Counted from the stretch's first letter, positions 32,835-42,733 are shown. The stretch: 64,000 nucleotides of DNA from an uncultured Gemmatimonadales bacterium (GCA_963823035.1 CAWGKG010000010.1:256001-320000); one strand, 5' to 3'. Notes: a model not told the origin generated them from the sequence alone. Made by a program: numbers and translations.

Positions 32835-34298
32835 ATGAACAGACACATGCTGATCCGTGGCGCGATGGTTGCCGGACTCGCTTTGGGTCTCGGCGCCTGC
32901 GACCGCGGTCTCACCGACGTCAACCTCAACCCCAACGCCCCCACGGACGTGGGAGCGGCCTATCTGCTCCCCAACGCGATCCAGGCGTCCGTACGCACGG
33001 TGTTCGGCGCGGGGATGATGCTCTCGCACACCAGCATCTGGCCGCAGCAGACGGTCCAGATCCAGTACCAGGCTGAGGAGATCGGCCAGGTCCGGCCCGC
33101 CACCATGCAGGCGTGGTGGGACAACTTCTACGCCGGATACCTGACGGACACGAAGTCCGTGATCGACAAGGGCACGGCGAGTGGAAGCGGCAACGTCCAG
33201 GGGGTCGGCCTCATCTGGAGGGCCTGGCTCTTCTCCCAGTTGACCGACCTGTTCGGCGACGTGCCGTACTCGGAGGCCCTCCAGGGCGCCGAGAACACGA
33301 TGCCGGCGTACGACACGCAGCAGCAGGTCTACGCGGGCATGTTCCAGGACCTCGCGGACGGTGCGGCGATGCTCGGCACCACAGGCGACTTCGGTTCCGG
33401 CGATCTCCTCTACGACAACGATTTCGCCAAGTGGAAGAAGTTCGCCAACTCACTGCGGATGAGGTTCGCGATGCGCCTCTCCGAGGTGGATCCCGCGACA
33501 GCCCGGGCCGAGTTCGCCGCGGCGTACTCCGCGGGCGGCTTCACGAGCAACGACGACGACGCGATGCTCGAGTATCCCGGCGCCCCCTACCGGAACCCGC
33601 TGTTCGAGAACGCCCTGTGCGGTGCCGGGAACCGGGACGACCACGGGATGAGCGCGACGATGGTCGACACGCTCAAGTCGTTCAACGATCCGCGCCTGCC
33701 GCTCTACGCCCAGCCGGCCACCATCGACGGGGAGTACCGGGGGCTGGCGAACGGCATTCGGCAGCCGCCGCTGTCGCTTCCCTACTATTCCAGGATCGGG
33801 AACTTCTGGCGGTGCAACGGAGCGGCGACCCCCTCCTCGGTCATGACGTACTCCGAGGTGCTCTTCCTCGAGGCGGAAGCGGCCGCGCGCGGTTGGATCG
33901 CCGGGGACGCCGGGGCGCTCTACACCGAGGCCATCCGGCAGAACATGCACCAGTACGAGCCCTGGGGCCCGCCGGTGACGGTCACGGATGCCGAGGTCGA
34001 CGCCTATCTGGCGCAGCCGCGCGTCGCGTGGGCCGGTGGCGACGCCGGGATGAGACAGCTCCACCTGCAGAAGTGGATCTCCCTCTTCATGCAGGGCAAC
34101 GAAGCTTGGGCGAACTGGCGCCGCGTCCGCGTTCCGGAGCTGAAGGCCGGTCCGGACCTGCTGGTCGCGAGCATCCCGGTGCGCATGATCTACCCGGACA
34201 ACGAGCAGTCGCTCAACCAGACCAACCTGATGGCGGCCGTGTCCCGTCAGGGTGGTGGTCTCGACCTCGTGACGCCGGTGTGGTGGGACGTGCACTGA
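32835..34298 (+). CDS. SusD/RagB-family lipoprotein
   Basis: GGAGG RBS, lipobox LGLGAC, NLNPNAP, LTDLFGDVPYSEA, PAYDTQ, WKKFANSLRMR, DPRL, YSEVLFLEAEA, QKWISLF, VWWD. Confidence 0.93.
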   Translation: MNRHMLIRGAMVAGLALGLGACDRGLTDVNLNPNAPTDVGAAYLLPNAIQASVRTVFGAGMMLSHTSIWPQQTVQIQYQAEEIGQVRPATMQAWWDNFYAGYLTDTKSVIDKGTASGSGNVQGVGLIWRAWLFSQLTDLFGDVPYSEALQGAENTMPAYDTQQQVYAGMFQDLADGAAMLGTTGDFGSGDLLYDNDFAKWKKFANSLRMRFAMRLSEVDPATARAEFAAAYSAGGFTSNDDDAMLEYPGAPYRNPLFENALCGAGNRDDHGMSATMVDTLKSFNDPRLPLYAQPATIDGEYRGLANGIRQPPLSLPYYSRIGNFWRCNGAATPSSVMTYSEVLFLEAEAAARGWIAGDAGALYTEAIRQNMHQYEPWGPPVTVTDAEVDAYLAQPRVAWAGGDAGMRQLHLQKWISLFMQGNEAWANWRRVRVPELKAGPDLLVASIPVRMIYPDNEQSLNQTNLMAAVSRQGGGLDLVTPVWWDVH

Positions 34299-34331
34299 TC
34301 GTTCCGCCCGACTCGATCGGGGCATGACGCG

Positions 34332-34361
34332 ACGCCCCCCCGGAGCGATCCGGGGGGGCGT
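34332..34361. terminator. GC-rich stem-loop after the SusD-like gene, between convergent genes
   Basis: ACGCCCCCCCGGA-GCGA-TCCGGGGGGGCGT: 13-bp perfect stem with GNRA loop, followed by TCGTTCGT. Confidence 0.75.
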
Positions 34362-34393
34362 TCGTTCGTCGCGGTCGGGCGGCGCGGTGTCCG

Positions 34394-34862
34394 CTACGCC
34401 GCTTGCTGCGAGCGCAGGAAGACGAGGATCAGCCCCTCGGCGTGGGTCCGGTACCCGGGGCGGGTGGTGAAGCCCATCGGGTAGACCTCCACGCGGTGGA
34501 TGTCGGAAGCGCGCAGCGACTCGAGGATGCAGGTGTCGGTCGCGCGCGCACCGTCGACGTAGACGTCCGGGTTGACGAGGCCGTAGAAGCTGGCGCTTCC
34601 ACGGAGCGAGATCTCCGGGCACCTGCCCCGAAGCCCTGTGCAGGCGGAACGACGGGACCTTCCCGCGCATCGTCTCCAGGAGCGAACCCTGCCCGTCGCC
34701 GAGGGCCGAACCCATCAGGACGACGGCGCCCTTCTCCCTGAACACGCCGTCCGAGGGCGAGGGCCGGTCGGTGGCCTGCTTCTTCATCGGTCCGCCGCAG
34801 GCGGCCATGAGGGGAAGGAGGACCAACAGGAGCTTCGAGACGACACCGTGACGTGTGCCCAT
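34394..34862 (-). CDS. Small lipoprotein with TonB-receptor plug-like domain; frameshift near 34625
   Basis: Lipobox PLMAAC, SLLETMRGKVPS, then in the shifted frame CPEISLRGSAS...PDVYVDGARATDTCILESLRASDIHRVEVYP...GLILVFLR. Confidence 0.65.
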
Positions 34863-35086
34863 GGTTTCGCTGCCTCGCCGGCAACGTTGCCGACAGCCTG
34901 ATCTGGGGGACCGACGCTTCCCGCTCGAAGGAGCGCGCGCCGTCCTCCCCACCGTTCCAACCGATTCTTACGCCACGAGGCTACGACCGCTTACCCCGAC
35001 GGGGCGCCTGGGGACGTACCGCCCGGGGACGCCACCATGTCGCGTCCGGCGACGCGGTGTCAACGGTCTTCGACTACCACGGGCTG

Positions 35087-35767
35087 CTAGGTCAGCTCGT
35101 CCACGCTCTCGATGATCGTCCCCGCGAGGCCGTACTCCACGGCGGCCTCGGCGTCCAGCCAGAAATTGCGGCGCGTGTCATCGACGATGCGCTCGATCGA
35201 CTGGCCGGTCCGCTCCGAGAACATGCGGTTCAGGCGCTCGCGCATCTTCACGATCTCCTTCGCCTCGATGGCGAGGTCCGACGCCGAGCCCCGCGAGCCG
35301 CCCGCCGGCTGGTGGAGGAGGAACCGCGTGTTCGGGAGCGCGAAGCGACGGTCCCTCGGGACGGCCACATAGATGAGCGCGCCCGCGCTCGCGACCCAGC
35401 CCGTGCCCACCATGCGGACCGGTGCCCGGATGAAGCGTACCATGTCGTGGATGGTGTCGCCGGACTCGACGTGGCCGCCCTGAGAGTTGATGAAGATCGT
35501 AATGGTGGTGTCGGACTCGGACGACATGGCCAGGAGCTGGCCCATCACCTCCGAAGCGAGCCTCTGGTTGATCTCGCCGCTGATGATCAGCGTGCGGGCC
35601 TTGAAGAGACGTTCGCGCAGCCCCTCGGTCCAGCGCGTCGACGTCGGACGCTGGTGCTCCTCGTCCTGGTCCTCGTCCTCGTCGTCGCCTTGCAGTGAGG
35701 CGGTGGGGCGGCCGGCGTCGGGTCGCATCCCGTGTCGCGGATCCCACGTGCTACGGCTCTCGGTCAT
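35087..35767 (-). CDS. clpP: ATP-dependent Clp protease proteolytic subunit
   Basis: IFINSQGGHVESG, IHDM, GWVASAG (catalytic Ser), LPNTRFLLHQP (His), DTRRNFWLDAEAAVEYGL. Start uncertain. Confidence 0.92.
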   Translation of the reverse strand: MTESRSTWDPRHGMRPDAGRPTASLQGDDEDEDQDEEHQRPTSTRWTEGLRERLFKARTLIISGEINQRLASEVMGQLLAMSSESDTTITIFINSQGGHVESGDTIHDMVRFIRAPVRMVGTGWVASAGALIYVAVPRDRRFALPNTRFLLHQPAGGSRGSASDLAIEAKEIVKMRERLNRMFSERTGQSIERIVDDTRRNFWLDAEAAVEYGLAGTIIESVDELT

Positions 35768-35881
35768 CCTCTCTCCTCGTCTTCAGGCCCCGCCGGGTGG
35801 CGCCGGCCCCTCCGGTTTTTCCGCACGCCGAGCCTCGAACGTCGTCAAGGGCCCGGCTCCCGGTCAACTGCTGCCGAGGGC

Positions 35882-37249
35882 TCATCCGACCCAAACGGTC
35901 TTCACGTTCATGAACTCGTGGATGCCGAAGGGTGAGAGCTCGCGTCCGTACCCGCTCTCCTTGATCCCGCCGAAGGGGAGGCGTGTGTCCGACTTCACGA
36001 TCCCGTTCACGAAGCAGTTTCCCGCATCGAGGAGGTCGGCCGCGATCCGTTCGCCCTTCGCGCGGTCCGACGTGTAGACCGCTGCCCCCAGGCCGAAGAC
36101 CGTGTCGTTCGCGATGCGCACCGCGTCCGCCTCGTCCTTCGCGCGCAGGATCGTGGCCACCGGGCCGAACAGCTCTTCCCCGTAGGCCGCGATTCCGGGG
36201 CGGACGTCGGTGAGCACGGTGGGCGGATACCACGCGCCCTGGCGGTCGGGCACCACGCCGCCGAGCGCGAGGGTCGCGCCCGCCTCGACGGAGCGGACCA
36301 CCTGGTCGTGGAGCTCGTCGCGCAGGTCGACGCTCGCCATCGGCCCCAGCCGGGAGTCCGGGTCCATGGGGTCACGCATCTCGATCGCGCGCATGGCTTC
36401 GACGAAACGCTCGGTGAACGCGTCGGCGATCTCCTCGACGACCACGAAGCGCTTGGCCGCGATGCAGCTCTGCCCATTGTTGATCATCCGACCCAGCACG
36501 CAGGCGGGGACCGCGGTCTCGAGGTCGGCGTCGGAGAGCACCACGCTCGGGTCGCTCCCGCCCAGCTCCAGCACGCACTTCTTGAGGACGCTACCCGCGC
36601 GTTCGGCCACACTCCGCCCTGCGGGCACGCTCCCGGTGATGCTCACGCCGCGGATCAACTCGTGCTCGATCAGGTTCCCGGCCAGCTTGCCGCTGACGTA
36701 GACGCTGCGGAAGAGGTCGGCGGGGAAGCCCGCATCGCGGAAGAGCGTCTCGAGAGCGTCCGCGCATCCGGGCACGTTCGAGGCGTGCTTGAGGATCCCG
36801 GCGTTGCCGGCCGCCAGCGCGGGCGCCGCGAAGCGGATCACCTGCCAGAACGGGAAGTTCCACGGCATCACCGCGAGGATCACGCCGAGCGGGCGGTAGG
36901 TCCAATAGCTCTTCCAGGCGTCCGTCTCGACCGGCACCGGCTCGAGGAAGGATGCCCCGTGCTCCGCGTAGTAGTCGGCCGCCGTGGCGCACTTCTCCGC
37001 CTCCGAGATCGCCTGGGAGATCGGCTTGCCCATCTCCGCGGTCATCACGCGGCCGTACTCGTCCTTTCGTTCACGCAGCAGTCGACCCAGAGCGCGTAGC
37101 GGCTCGGCACGTTCCGCGAAGGGGGTCTCACGCCACGCGACGTGGGCGGCATCGGCGGCCCGGACGATGGCGTCGACCTCGTCGGGTGGCGTAGCGGCCC
37201 GCGTGGCGAGGGTCTGTCCGGTGGTGGGGTTGACGGCGGTGTAGCTCAT
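35882..37249 (-). CDS. NAD(P)-dependent succinate-semialdehyde dehydrogenase-like aldehyde dehydrogenase
   Basis: AVNPTTG, EMGKP, VMPWNFPFWQV, LKHASNVP, ITGSVPAG, LELGGSDP, NNGQSCIAAKRF, EELFGP, PFGGIKESGYGREL. Confidence 0.92.
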   Translation of the reverse strand: MSYTAVNPTTGQTLATRAATPPDEVDAIVRAADAAHVAWRETPFAERAEPLRALGRLLRERKDEYGRVMTAEMGKPISQAISEAEKCATAADYYAEHGASFLEPVPVETDAWKSYWTYRPLGVILAVMPWNFPFWQVIRFAAPALAAGNAGILKHASNVPGCADALETLFRDAGFPADLFRSVYVSGKLAGNLIEHELIRGVSITGSVPAGRSVAERAGSVLKKCVLELGGSDPSVVLSDADLETAVPACVLGRMINNGQSCIAAKRFVVVEEIADAFTERFVEAMRAIEMRDPMDPDSRLGPMASVDLRDELHDQVVRSVEAGATLALGGVVPDRQGAWYPPTVLTDVRPGIAAYGEELFGPVATILRAKDEADAVRIANDTVFGLGAAVYTSDRAKGERIAADLLDAGNCFVNGIVKSDTRLPFGGIKESGYGRELSPFGIHEFMNVKTVWVG

Positions 37250-37269
37250 GGAGGCACTCCACTGTTTTC

Positions 37270-37339
37270 CCCTCTGCGTCCTCTGCGTCCTCTGTGGTGA
37301 AACTGCTTTTACCACAGAGGACGCAGAGGACGCAGAGGG
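37270..37339. repeat. REP-like 33-bp inverted repeat built from tandem 9-mers
   Basis: CCCTCTGCGTCCTCTGCGTCCTCTGTGGTGAAA-CTGC-TTTTACCACAGAGGACGCAGAGGACGCAGAGGG. The arms are complementary except for one G-T pair. Confidence 0.9.
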
Positions 37340-37400
37340 ACTGCTTTATTGGGGGTGGTCGTCGGGTCACCATGCCGTACCCCCACCACCCCCACCCGTG

Positions 37401-40068
37401 TCATTCCGCCCTGAGCGCCTCCACCGGATCGAGGCGGCTCGCCCGCCAGGCGGGAATCCAGCTCGCCGCCGCGGCCACGCCGACCAGGAGGACGGCCACG
37501 ATCCCCATCGTCGTGGGATCCACCGCCGCCACCTCGAAGAGCATCCCCTTCAGGGCTGCACCCACCGGCACCGCGAGGCCGAGGCCGACGGCCGCGCCCA
37601 CCAGGACCGGGACGAGCGCCTGGCGGACCACGAGTCGGCGGACGCCGCCGGCGTCGGCTCCGAGCGCCACGCGCAGCCCGATCTCCTGGGTGCGCTCGTT
37701 CACCGTGAAGGAGACGACCGCGTAGATGCCGACGGCCGCGAGGGCGAGGGCGAAGAACGCGAAGATGGACAGGAAGAGGGTGGTGGCCCGGCGGGTTGCG
37801 GCGGCCAAAGCGAAGGCCTCGTCCACCGTCTGGATCGCGTAGACGGGTTGGTCGGCGTCCATCTCCTGGACCGTCCGGCGGATGGCGGGCAGCACGGAAC
37901 GTGGCTCGACGTCGGTGCGCGCGAGGAGGAAGAGCTGGTTCGCTCCGTCGCCGAGTTGTGCGGCCAGCCCGAAGATCTCAGGCTCGGGTGGGCGGTCGAG
38001 CCCCCGGTTCTGGGTCGCGCCCACCACGCCGATGATCTCGAACCAGGGCGCGTCGGCGTCCGGTCCGCCGATCTTCAGCCGGCGGCCGACGGCGTTCTCG
38101 TCGGGGAAGTACCGACGTGCCGCCACCTCGTTGATCACCGCGACGAGCGGCGATCCCGGGGCGTCGCGTCCGTCGAACGTGCGCCCCGAACGGAGCGGGA
38201 TCCCGAGCGTCTCGAAGTATCCGGCCGTGACGGTCGTCGTCAGCGCGCGGGGTAGTGTCTGCTCGTCCGACGGCGCACCCCCCTCGAACCACAGCTCCCG
38301 GAAGGAGAAGCCGAGCGGCGGGAACTGAGAGGCCGCGGCCGCCATCCGCACGCCGGGCACACCCTGCACGCGCTCCGTGAGCTCCTGGAAGAAGGCGGGT
38401 ACGGCGTCGCCGGAGTACTTGTCGCGGGGAAGCGTCAGGCGCATGGTCAGCACCTGGTCGGAGGCGAAGCCGGTGTCCACCCGGCTCAGGCGCACGAAGC
38501 TGTTCACGAGGAGGCCGCCGCCGGCCAGGAGGACGAACGCGAGCGCGACCTCCGCGCCCACGAGCGTGCGCTGGAGCCGCTGGCGGCTCCGCCCGGCGGT
38601 CGAGCCCTTCCCCTCCGACTGCAGGACGCTCGAGATCTCGGCCCGCGACGCCTGGAAGGCGGGTACGAGCCCGAACACGACGCCCGCCGCCATCGCCACC
38701 GCCGCCGTGAACGCGAGCACCGGTCCGTTCATCTCCACCGTCCCGGCCAGCGGGAGCGCGAGCGTGGCCAGGAGCGCGCGCACGCCGGCGTTGCCGAGGC
38801 GCGCGAGCCCGACGCCGACCACGCCCCCGAGGAGGGCGAGCACCAGGCTCTCCGTGAGCAGCTGCCCGAGCAGTCGACCGCGCCCGGCGCCCATCGCCGT
38901 GCGCACGGCCATCTCGCGGCGTCGGCCCTGCGCCCTGGCCAGCAGGAGGTTCGCGGTGTTCGCGCACACCAGGATCAGCACGAAGCCCACCGCGCCCATG
39001 AGGATGAACGCCCCGCCGCGGAAGGGGCGCGAGCTGACCTGGTTCCACGTCAGGGCCCGCATCGTCCAACCCTCGTATTCCTCGAACTCGGCCGCGTAGG
39101 CCTGCTCGGTGCGGCGGGCGAGCCCCTCGAGCTCCGTGTTCACGGCGCGCAGGTCCGAGCCCTCACGGACGCGGGCGATGAGCTGGAACTGCCTCCGGTT
39201 GCGTGGATAGCGGTCCGGTCCCACCGGCATGAGCGTCCACAGGTCCATCCCGTAGAGGTCCACCCCCTCGGGGAGGATGCCCACCAGCGTGTACGGGGAG
39301 TCGTTGATCAGGATCTTGTTTCCCACCATCGAGGAGTCGGCGCCGAAGCGGTCGCGCCAGATCCGGTAGCTGAGGAGCGCCACGTTCGCCCCGTTCGCGA
39401 CCTCCTCGTCGCTGAAGCCGCGCCCCAGCTGCGCCTTCATCCCCAGCGTGCGCAGGGCGTCTCCCCACCAGAATCCGGTGAAGACGTTCTGCGGCGTGCC
39501 CTCGCCGGAGATCTGCCGGTTCCCCATGTCCCACGCCACCACGTCCTCCAGCGTGCGGCTGTCGTCGCGCACGTCCATGTATTCGGCGGGCGACAGGTTC
39601 TCCCAGAAGGACAGGTCTCCGCCCAGCTTCGGGTAGGCCGTGCCGACGCCCACGATCCGGCCGGGCTCGGGGAAGGGGAAGGGGTCGAGGATGAGCCCGT
39701 AGACCACGCTGAAGATGGTCGTGTTCGCGCCGATGCCGAGCCCGAGCGTCAGCACGACCACCGCGCTGAACCCGAGGTTCTTGCGCGCGGTGCGCAGCGC
39801 GTGGCGGATATTCTGCACCAGTGTGCCCATCGTCCCGTCCCCCTTTGCGTGTACCGTGGTGGTCCGCCGCGCGACGCGCAGCCGATAGCCCAGGTTGGCC
39901 TTTGCAGACCCGAGGGCTTGCCTCCAGTACCAGGCGCGAGCGCCGGCGCGGCGCCGCGCCAGGCGCTCGTCGAACTCCTCCCGCAGATCCCCGAGCTGGT
40001 CGTCGCGCTGGGCCCCGTGCGCGGTCAGCGCGGACGAGGATCTCCGCCAGGCGGGGTGGTCGGCTCAC
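37401..40068 (-). CDS. Duplicated orphan ABC permease (ADOP; MacB/FtsX-type x2) with N-terminal prefix domain; frameshift near 40030
   Basis: Core ORF 37401..39830: LTLGLGIGANTTIFS, VCANTANLLLAR, RRREMAVRTAMGA, GIYAV, RTQEIGLRVALGA, IPAWRASRLDPVEALRAE. The upstream segment SRPPRLAEILVR...GDLREEF...WYWRQ starts at GTG 40068 and joins after one indel. Confidence 0.9.
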
Positions 40069-40401
40069 GACGGCGTCGCCGCCGTCGAGGGCCACGCCGT
40101 CCCACATGCGGGCCATCATCCCGCGGGATGCCTCCAGCGCCTGCGTGCCCTCGGGCAGGATGCGGAAGTGCCGCCGCGCGCGGCCGCCCCGGCGGGGCGT
40201 GGGGTCCCCCGCCTCGGAGGTGAGCATCCCCTTCTCCTCGAGGCGCGCGAGCGTCGCGTACACGGAGCCCACGGTCACCTCGCGGCCGGCCCGGCGCTCG
40301 ATCTCGCGGCGGATCGACATCCCGTAGCCATCCCCCCTGAGCCGTGCCACGGCCAGGAGCACCACCTGCTCGAACTCACCCAGGAAGTCGCCCTTGCCCA
40401 T
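40065..40401 (-). CDS. PadR-family transcriptional regulator (copy 1); probable indel near the 3' end
   Basis: LGEFEQVVLLAV, YGMSIRREI, GSVYATLARLEEKG, RGGRARRHFRI. The likely stop is the TGA of GTGA overlapping the permease start. Confidence 0.88.
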
Positions 40402-40520
40402 CGATCGGTCCTCGTCTTCGGGTCGCGCTCGCCCGGCCGCGTTGGCTCGGCCTCAATTTCTACAAACTCGAATAAATAGACGAAAGGGGTGCGACGGAGG
40501 TTTCACGAAGGAACGAAGAA

Positions 40521-40549
40521 GGGCGGCCGCCCGGCTTCGGCGGCCGCCC
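40521..40549 (-). terminator. Intrinsic terminator of the beta-propeller gene
   Basis: GGGCGGCCGCC-N7-GGCGGCCGCCC hairpin, followed on the minus strand by TTCTTCGTT. Confidence 0.7.
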
Positions 40550-40575
40550 CGCTCGCGCGACGGTGGGGCAGGGCC

Positions 40576-41805
40576 TCAGCCCGTGATCACGCGGTAGACC
40601 TTGAGGCTCTGCACGTCGAGCTCGTCGCGCGCCACGCCGTAGAAGCGGTCGCCCATGGCGCGGATCGGCTGGTAGCGGCCGGGAAACGTCACGATCCCGA
40701 GGTAGCGGCCCTCGGCGTCGAACACCCCCCAGTCCGTGGAGCCCATGTCCTGCACGTCGAAGGTCTCGCCCTCCCCGGCCAACTCGTCGCCGGAACGGAA
40801 GTTCTGGACCCAGACCGAGCCGTTCGGCCCCAACGCGATCGTGACGAAGGTCGGGAAGTAGTCCGCGAACTCCATCTGCTGGAGCAGCGCCTCGACCGCC
40901 TGGGGCGGCGCGCCCTGCTGCCGGGCCAGGTCGGCGATGGCGTCCTTGAAGACCTGCTTGTCGCGCTCGGTGACCGGCTTTCGCTCGGATGGGCGGGTGA
41001 TGACGCGGGAGAGGGAGCCGTCCGCGGCCCACACTTCGAAGCGCCAGGCATCGTTCATTCCGGTAAGGATCCGTCCGTCCGGATCCGCGTCCCAGATCGG
41101 CTCGGGCTCGAACTGTCGGATCCGCGCCCGCCCGCCCGTCACCTGGAAGCTCTGACCGATCGGCAGGACGGCCACGGTGTCCGGCTCCTCCCCCTCCGCC
41201 GTCAGCGTGAGGATGGGATCGCCGTGGGGCGTGGCGGTGGAGTCACCGATGTTGAGCGCCCGCTTCTGCACGATCAGCCGGCCGCCGCTGAAGGCGTCCC
41301 ACCGGAGTGGGATGCCCTGCGCGAGGTCGAGACGTTGGCTCGCGAGGGGAGCCCCTTCCAGGTCGAAGCGGTCGATGCGCTGGTTGCCGAGATCGGGCAC
41401 GAGGATCTCGTCGCCCACGACGAAGACGCCGGTGATGCCGCGTCCCATCTCGCCTGGACCCGATCCCGGGCCGCCCAGCGTGCGCAGGTACCGGCCGTTG
41501 GGGTCGTAGACGCGCACGTCCTGCGCCTGCTGGTCCGCGACGTAGACGTTTCCTGCCGGGTCCACGTCGACGCCGGCGATCGTCCCGAATTGATAGACCA
41601 CGTCACCCTCGACCGAGCCGATGGAGAGCACCTCCTCGACGGTCCAGGCGTCGCCGGGTGCCCACAGGCCCTCCGAGGGGTTGGTGATGATCGCGACCCC
41701 GGCGCTGTCGGTCTGGGTCCCGCCCCACTTCGAGGTTTCCGTGCGGGCGCAGGCATGCAGGAGCGGGGCGGTACAGAGGAGCGCCGCGATGTGTCGAACG
41801 GACAT
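40576..41805 (-). CDS. 6-bladed beta-propeller (NHL-like) lipoprotein
   Basis: Lipobox LLHAC, DSAGVAIITN, LSIGSVEG, GNVYVAD, LGGPGSGPGE, WGVFDAEGRYLG, DELDVQ. Confidence 0.78.
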   Translation of the reverse strand: MSVRHIAALLCTAPLLHACARTETSKWGGTQTDSAGVAIITNPSEGLWAPGDAWTVEEVLSIGSVEGDVVYQFGTIAGVDVDPAGNVYVADQQAQDVRVYDPNGRYLRTLGGPGSGPGEMGRGITGVFVVGDEILVPDLGNQRIDRFDLEGAPLASQRLDLAQGIPLRWDAFSGGRLIVQKRALNIGDSTATPHGDPILTLTAEGEEPDTVAVLPIGQSFQVTGGRARIRQFEPEPIWDADPDGRILTGMNDAWRFEVWAADGSLSRVITRPSERKPVTERDKQVFKDAIADLARQQGAPPQAVEALLQQMEFADYFPTFVTIALGPNGSVWVQNFRSGDELAGEGETFDVQDMGSTDWGVFDAEGRYLGIVTFPGRYQPIRAMGDRFYGVARDELDVQSLKVYRVITG

Positions 41806-41896
41806 GGGATGCGCTCGTGGCTGGAGGAGGTGGGCAGGGACGTCCCGGGTACGGATCGAGGTCGTCGTTTCTTCTCGCTTGCGATCCGCGGGATCG

Positions 41897-41925
41897 TGCT
41901 ACATATGTAGTGCTACATAGGTAGC
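41897..41925. promoter_or_regulatory. Tandem palindromic operator upstream of PadR copy 2
   Basis: TGCTACATATGTAG followed directly by TGCTACATAGGTAG(C): two 14-bp direct repeats, each (near-)palindromic. Confidence 0.7.
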
Positions 41926-41971
41926 GTCGTCCACCCGGGACGTCGCCCGCCACCACCCCGCAGGGTCCCCG

Positions 41972-42298
41972 ATGACGCCCCACGCGCGAACCCCCAGCCC
42001 CACCGCCCTCTGGCTCCTGCGCGGCATCGCCGCGGGGTCTCGCTACGGCTTCGACCTGATGGACGCGACCGCACTTCCCAGCGGGACGGTCTATCCGGCG
42101 CTCCGCCGGCTGGAGCGTGCGGGGCTCGTGGTGGCCTCGTGGGAGGAGGTGGACGTGTCGCGCGAAGCGGGCCGCCCCGCGCGCAAATACTACGCCGTGA
42201 CGGCCGCCGGACGCATGGCGATCGCGCGGGCCGCGACCGTGCTCGTCGGGGGAGACGGGGCGGCCGACGGGGCGGCGCCGGACTACCCGGCGGTGTGA
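41972..42298 (+). CDS. PadR-family transcriptional regulator (copy 2)
   Basis: RYGFDLMDATALPSGTVYPALRRLERAGLV, GRPARKYYAVTAAG. Confidence 0.88.
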   Translation: MTPHARTPSPTALWLLRGIAAGSRYGFDLMDATALPSGTVYPALRRLERAGLVVASWEEVDVSREAGRPARKYYAVTAAGRMAIARAATVLVGGDGAADGAAPDYPAV

Positions 42299-42337
42299 CG
42301 CCGCATGGACAACCCGCCGTGGGCCCCCTCCGATCGG

Positions 42338-42383
42338 TTGACTCCGCGGACGCCGCGGCTCATTATGACCTTAGATTCTAAGG
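42338..42383 (+). promoter_or_regulatory. Sigma70-type promoter with adjacent palindromic operator for PadR copy 3
   Basis: TTGACT (42338-42343), 17 nt spacer, CATTAT (42361-42366), then the perfect palindrome CCTTAGA-T-TCTAAGG (42369-42383). Confidence 0.75.
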
Positions 42384-42403
42384 GTATCTTTCCCGGCGCT
42401 GCG

Positions 42404-42731
42404 ATGACCGACTCCCTCCGCCTCCTGCGCGGCACGCTCAACGTGCTCATCCTGCGCACCTCGAGGCCGGTCCCGCCACGGATACGACATCGTGTCGGCG
42501 ATCGCGCACCTGAGCGACGGCGCGCTGCGCGTCGAGGACGGCGCGCTCTACCAGTCCCTCCACCGCATGCGGGAGCGTGGCTGGGTGCGTTCGGAATGGG
42601 GGCACGGCGACAGCGGAAAACGCGCGCGCTTCTACGAGCTGACGGAGAGAGGGAGGAAGGAGCTGGAGCGGGAGACGCGCCAATGGCTCGACTACTCCGA
42701 GGCCGTGCTCAAGGTGCTGCGACCGTCGTGA
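42404..42731 (+). CDS. PadR-family transcriptional regulator (copy 3); frameshift near 42465
   Basis: LLRGTLNVLILR, then HGYDIV, VEDGALYQSLHRM, EWGHGDSGKRARFYELT. Confidence 0.85.
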
Positions 42732-42733
42732 TC

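Noticed and set aside
35655..35690. TCCTCG-type tandem repeats
   Set aside because: They encode the acidic DDEDEDQDEE stretch of ClpP.
37270..37339. Possible CRISPR mini-array
   Set aside because: The units are adjacent 9-mers without spacers, arranged as an inverted repeat, and no cas genes are present.
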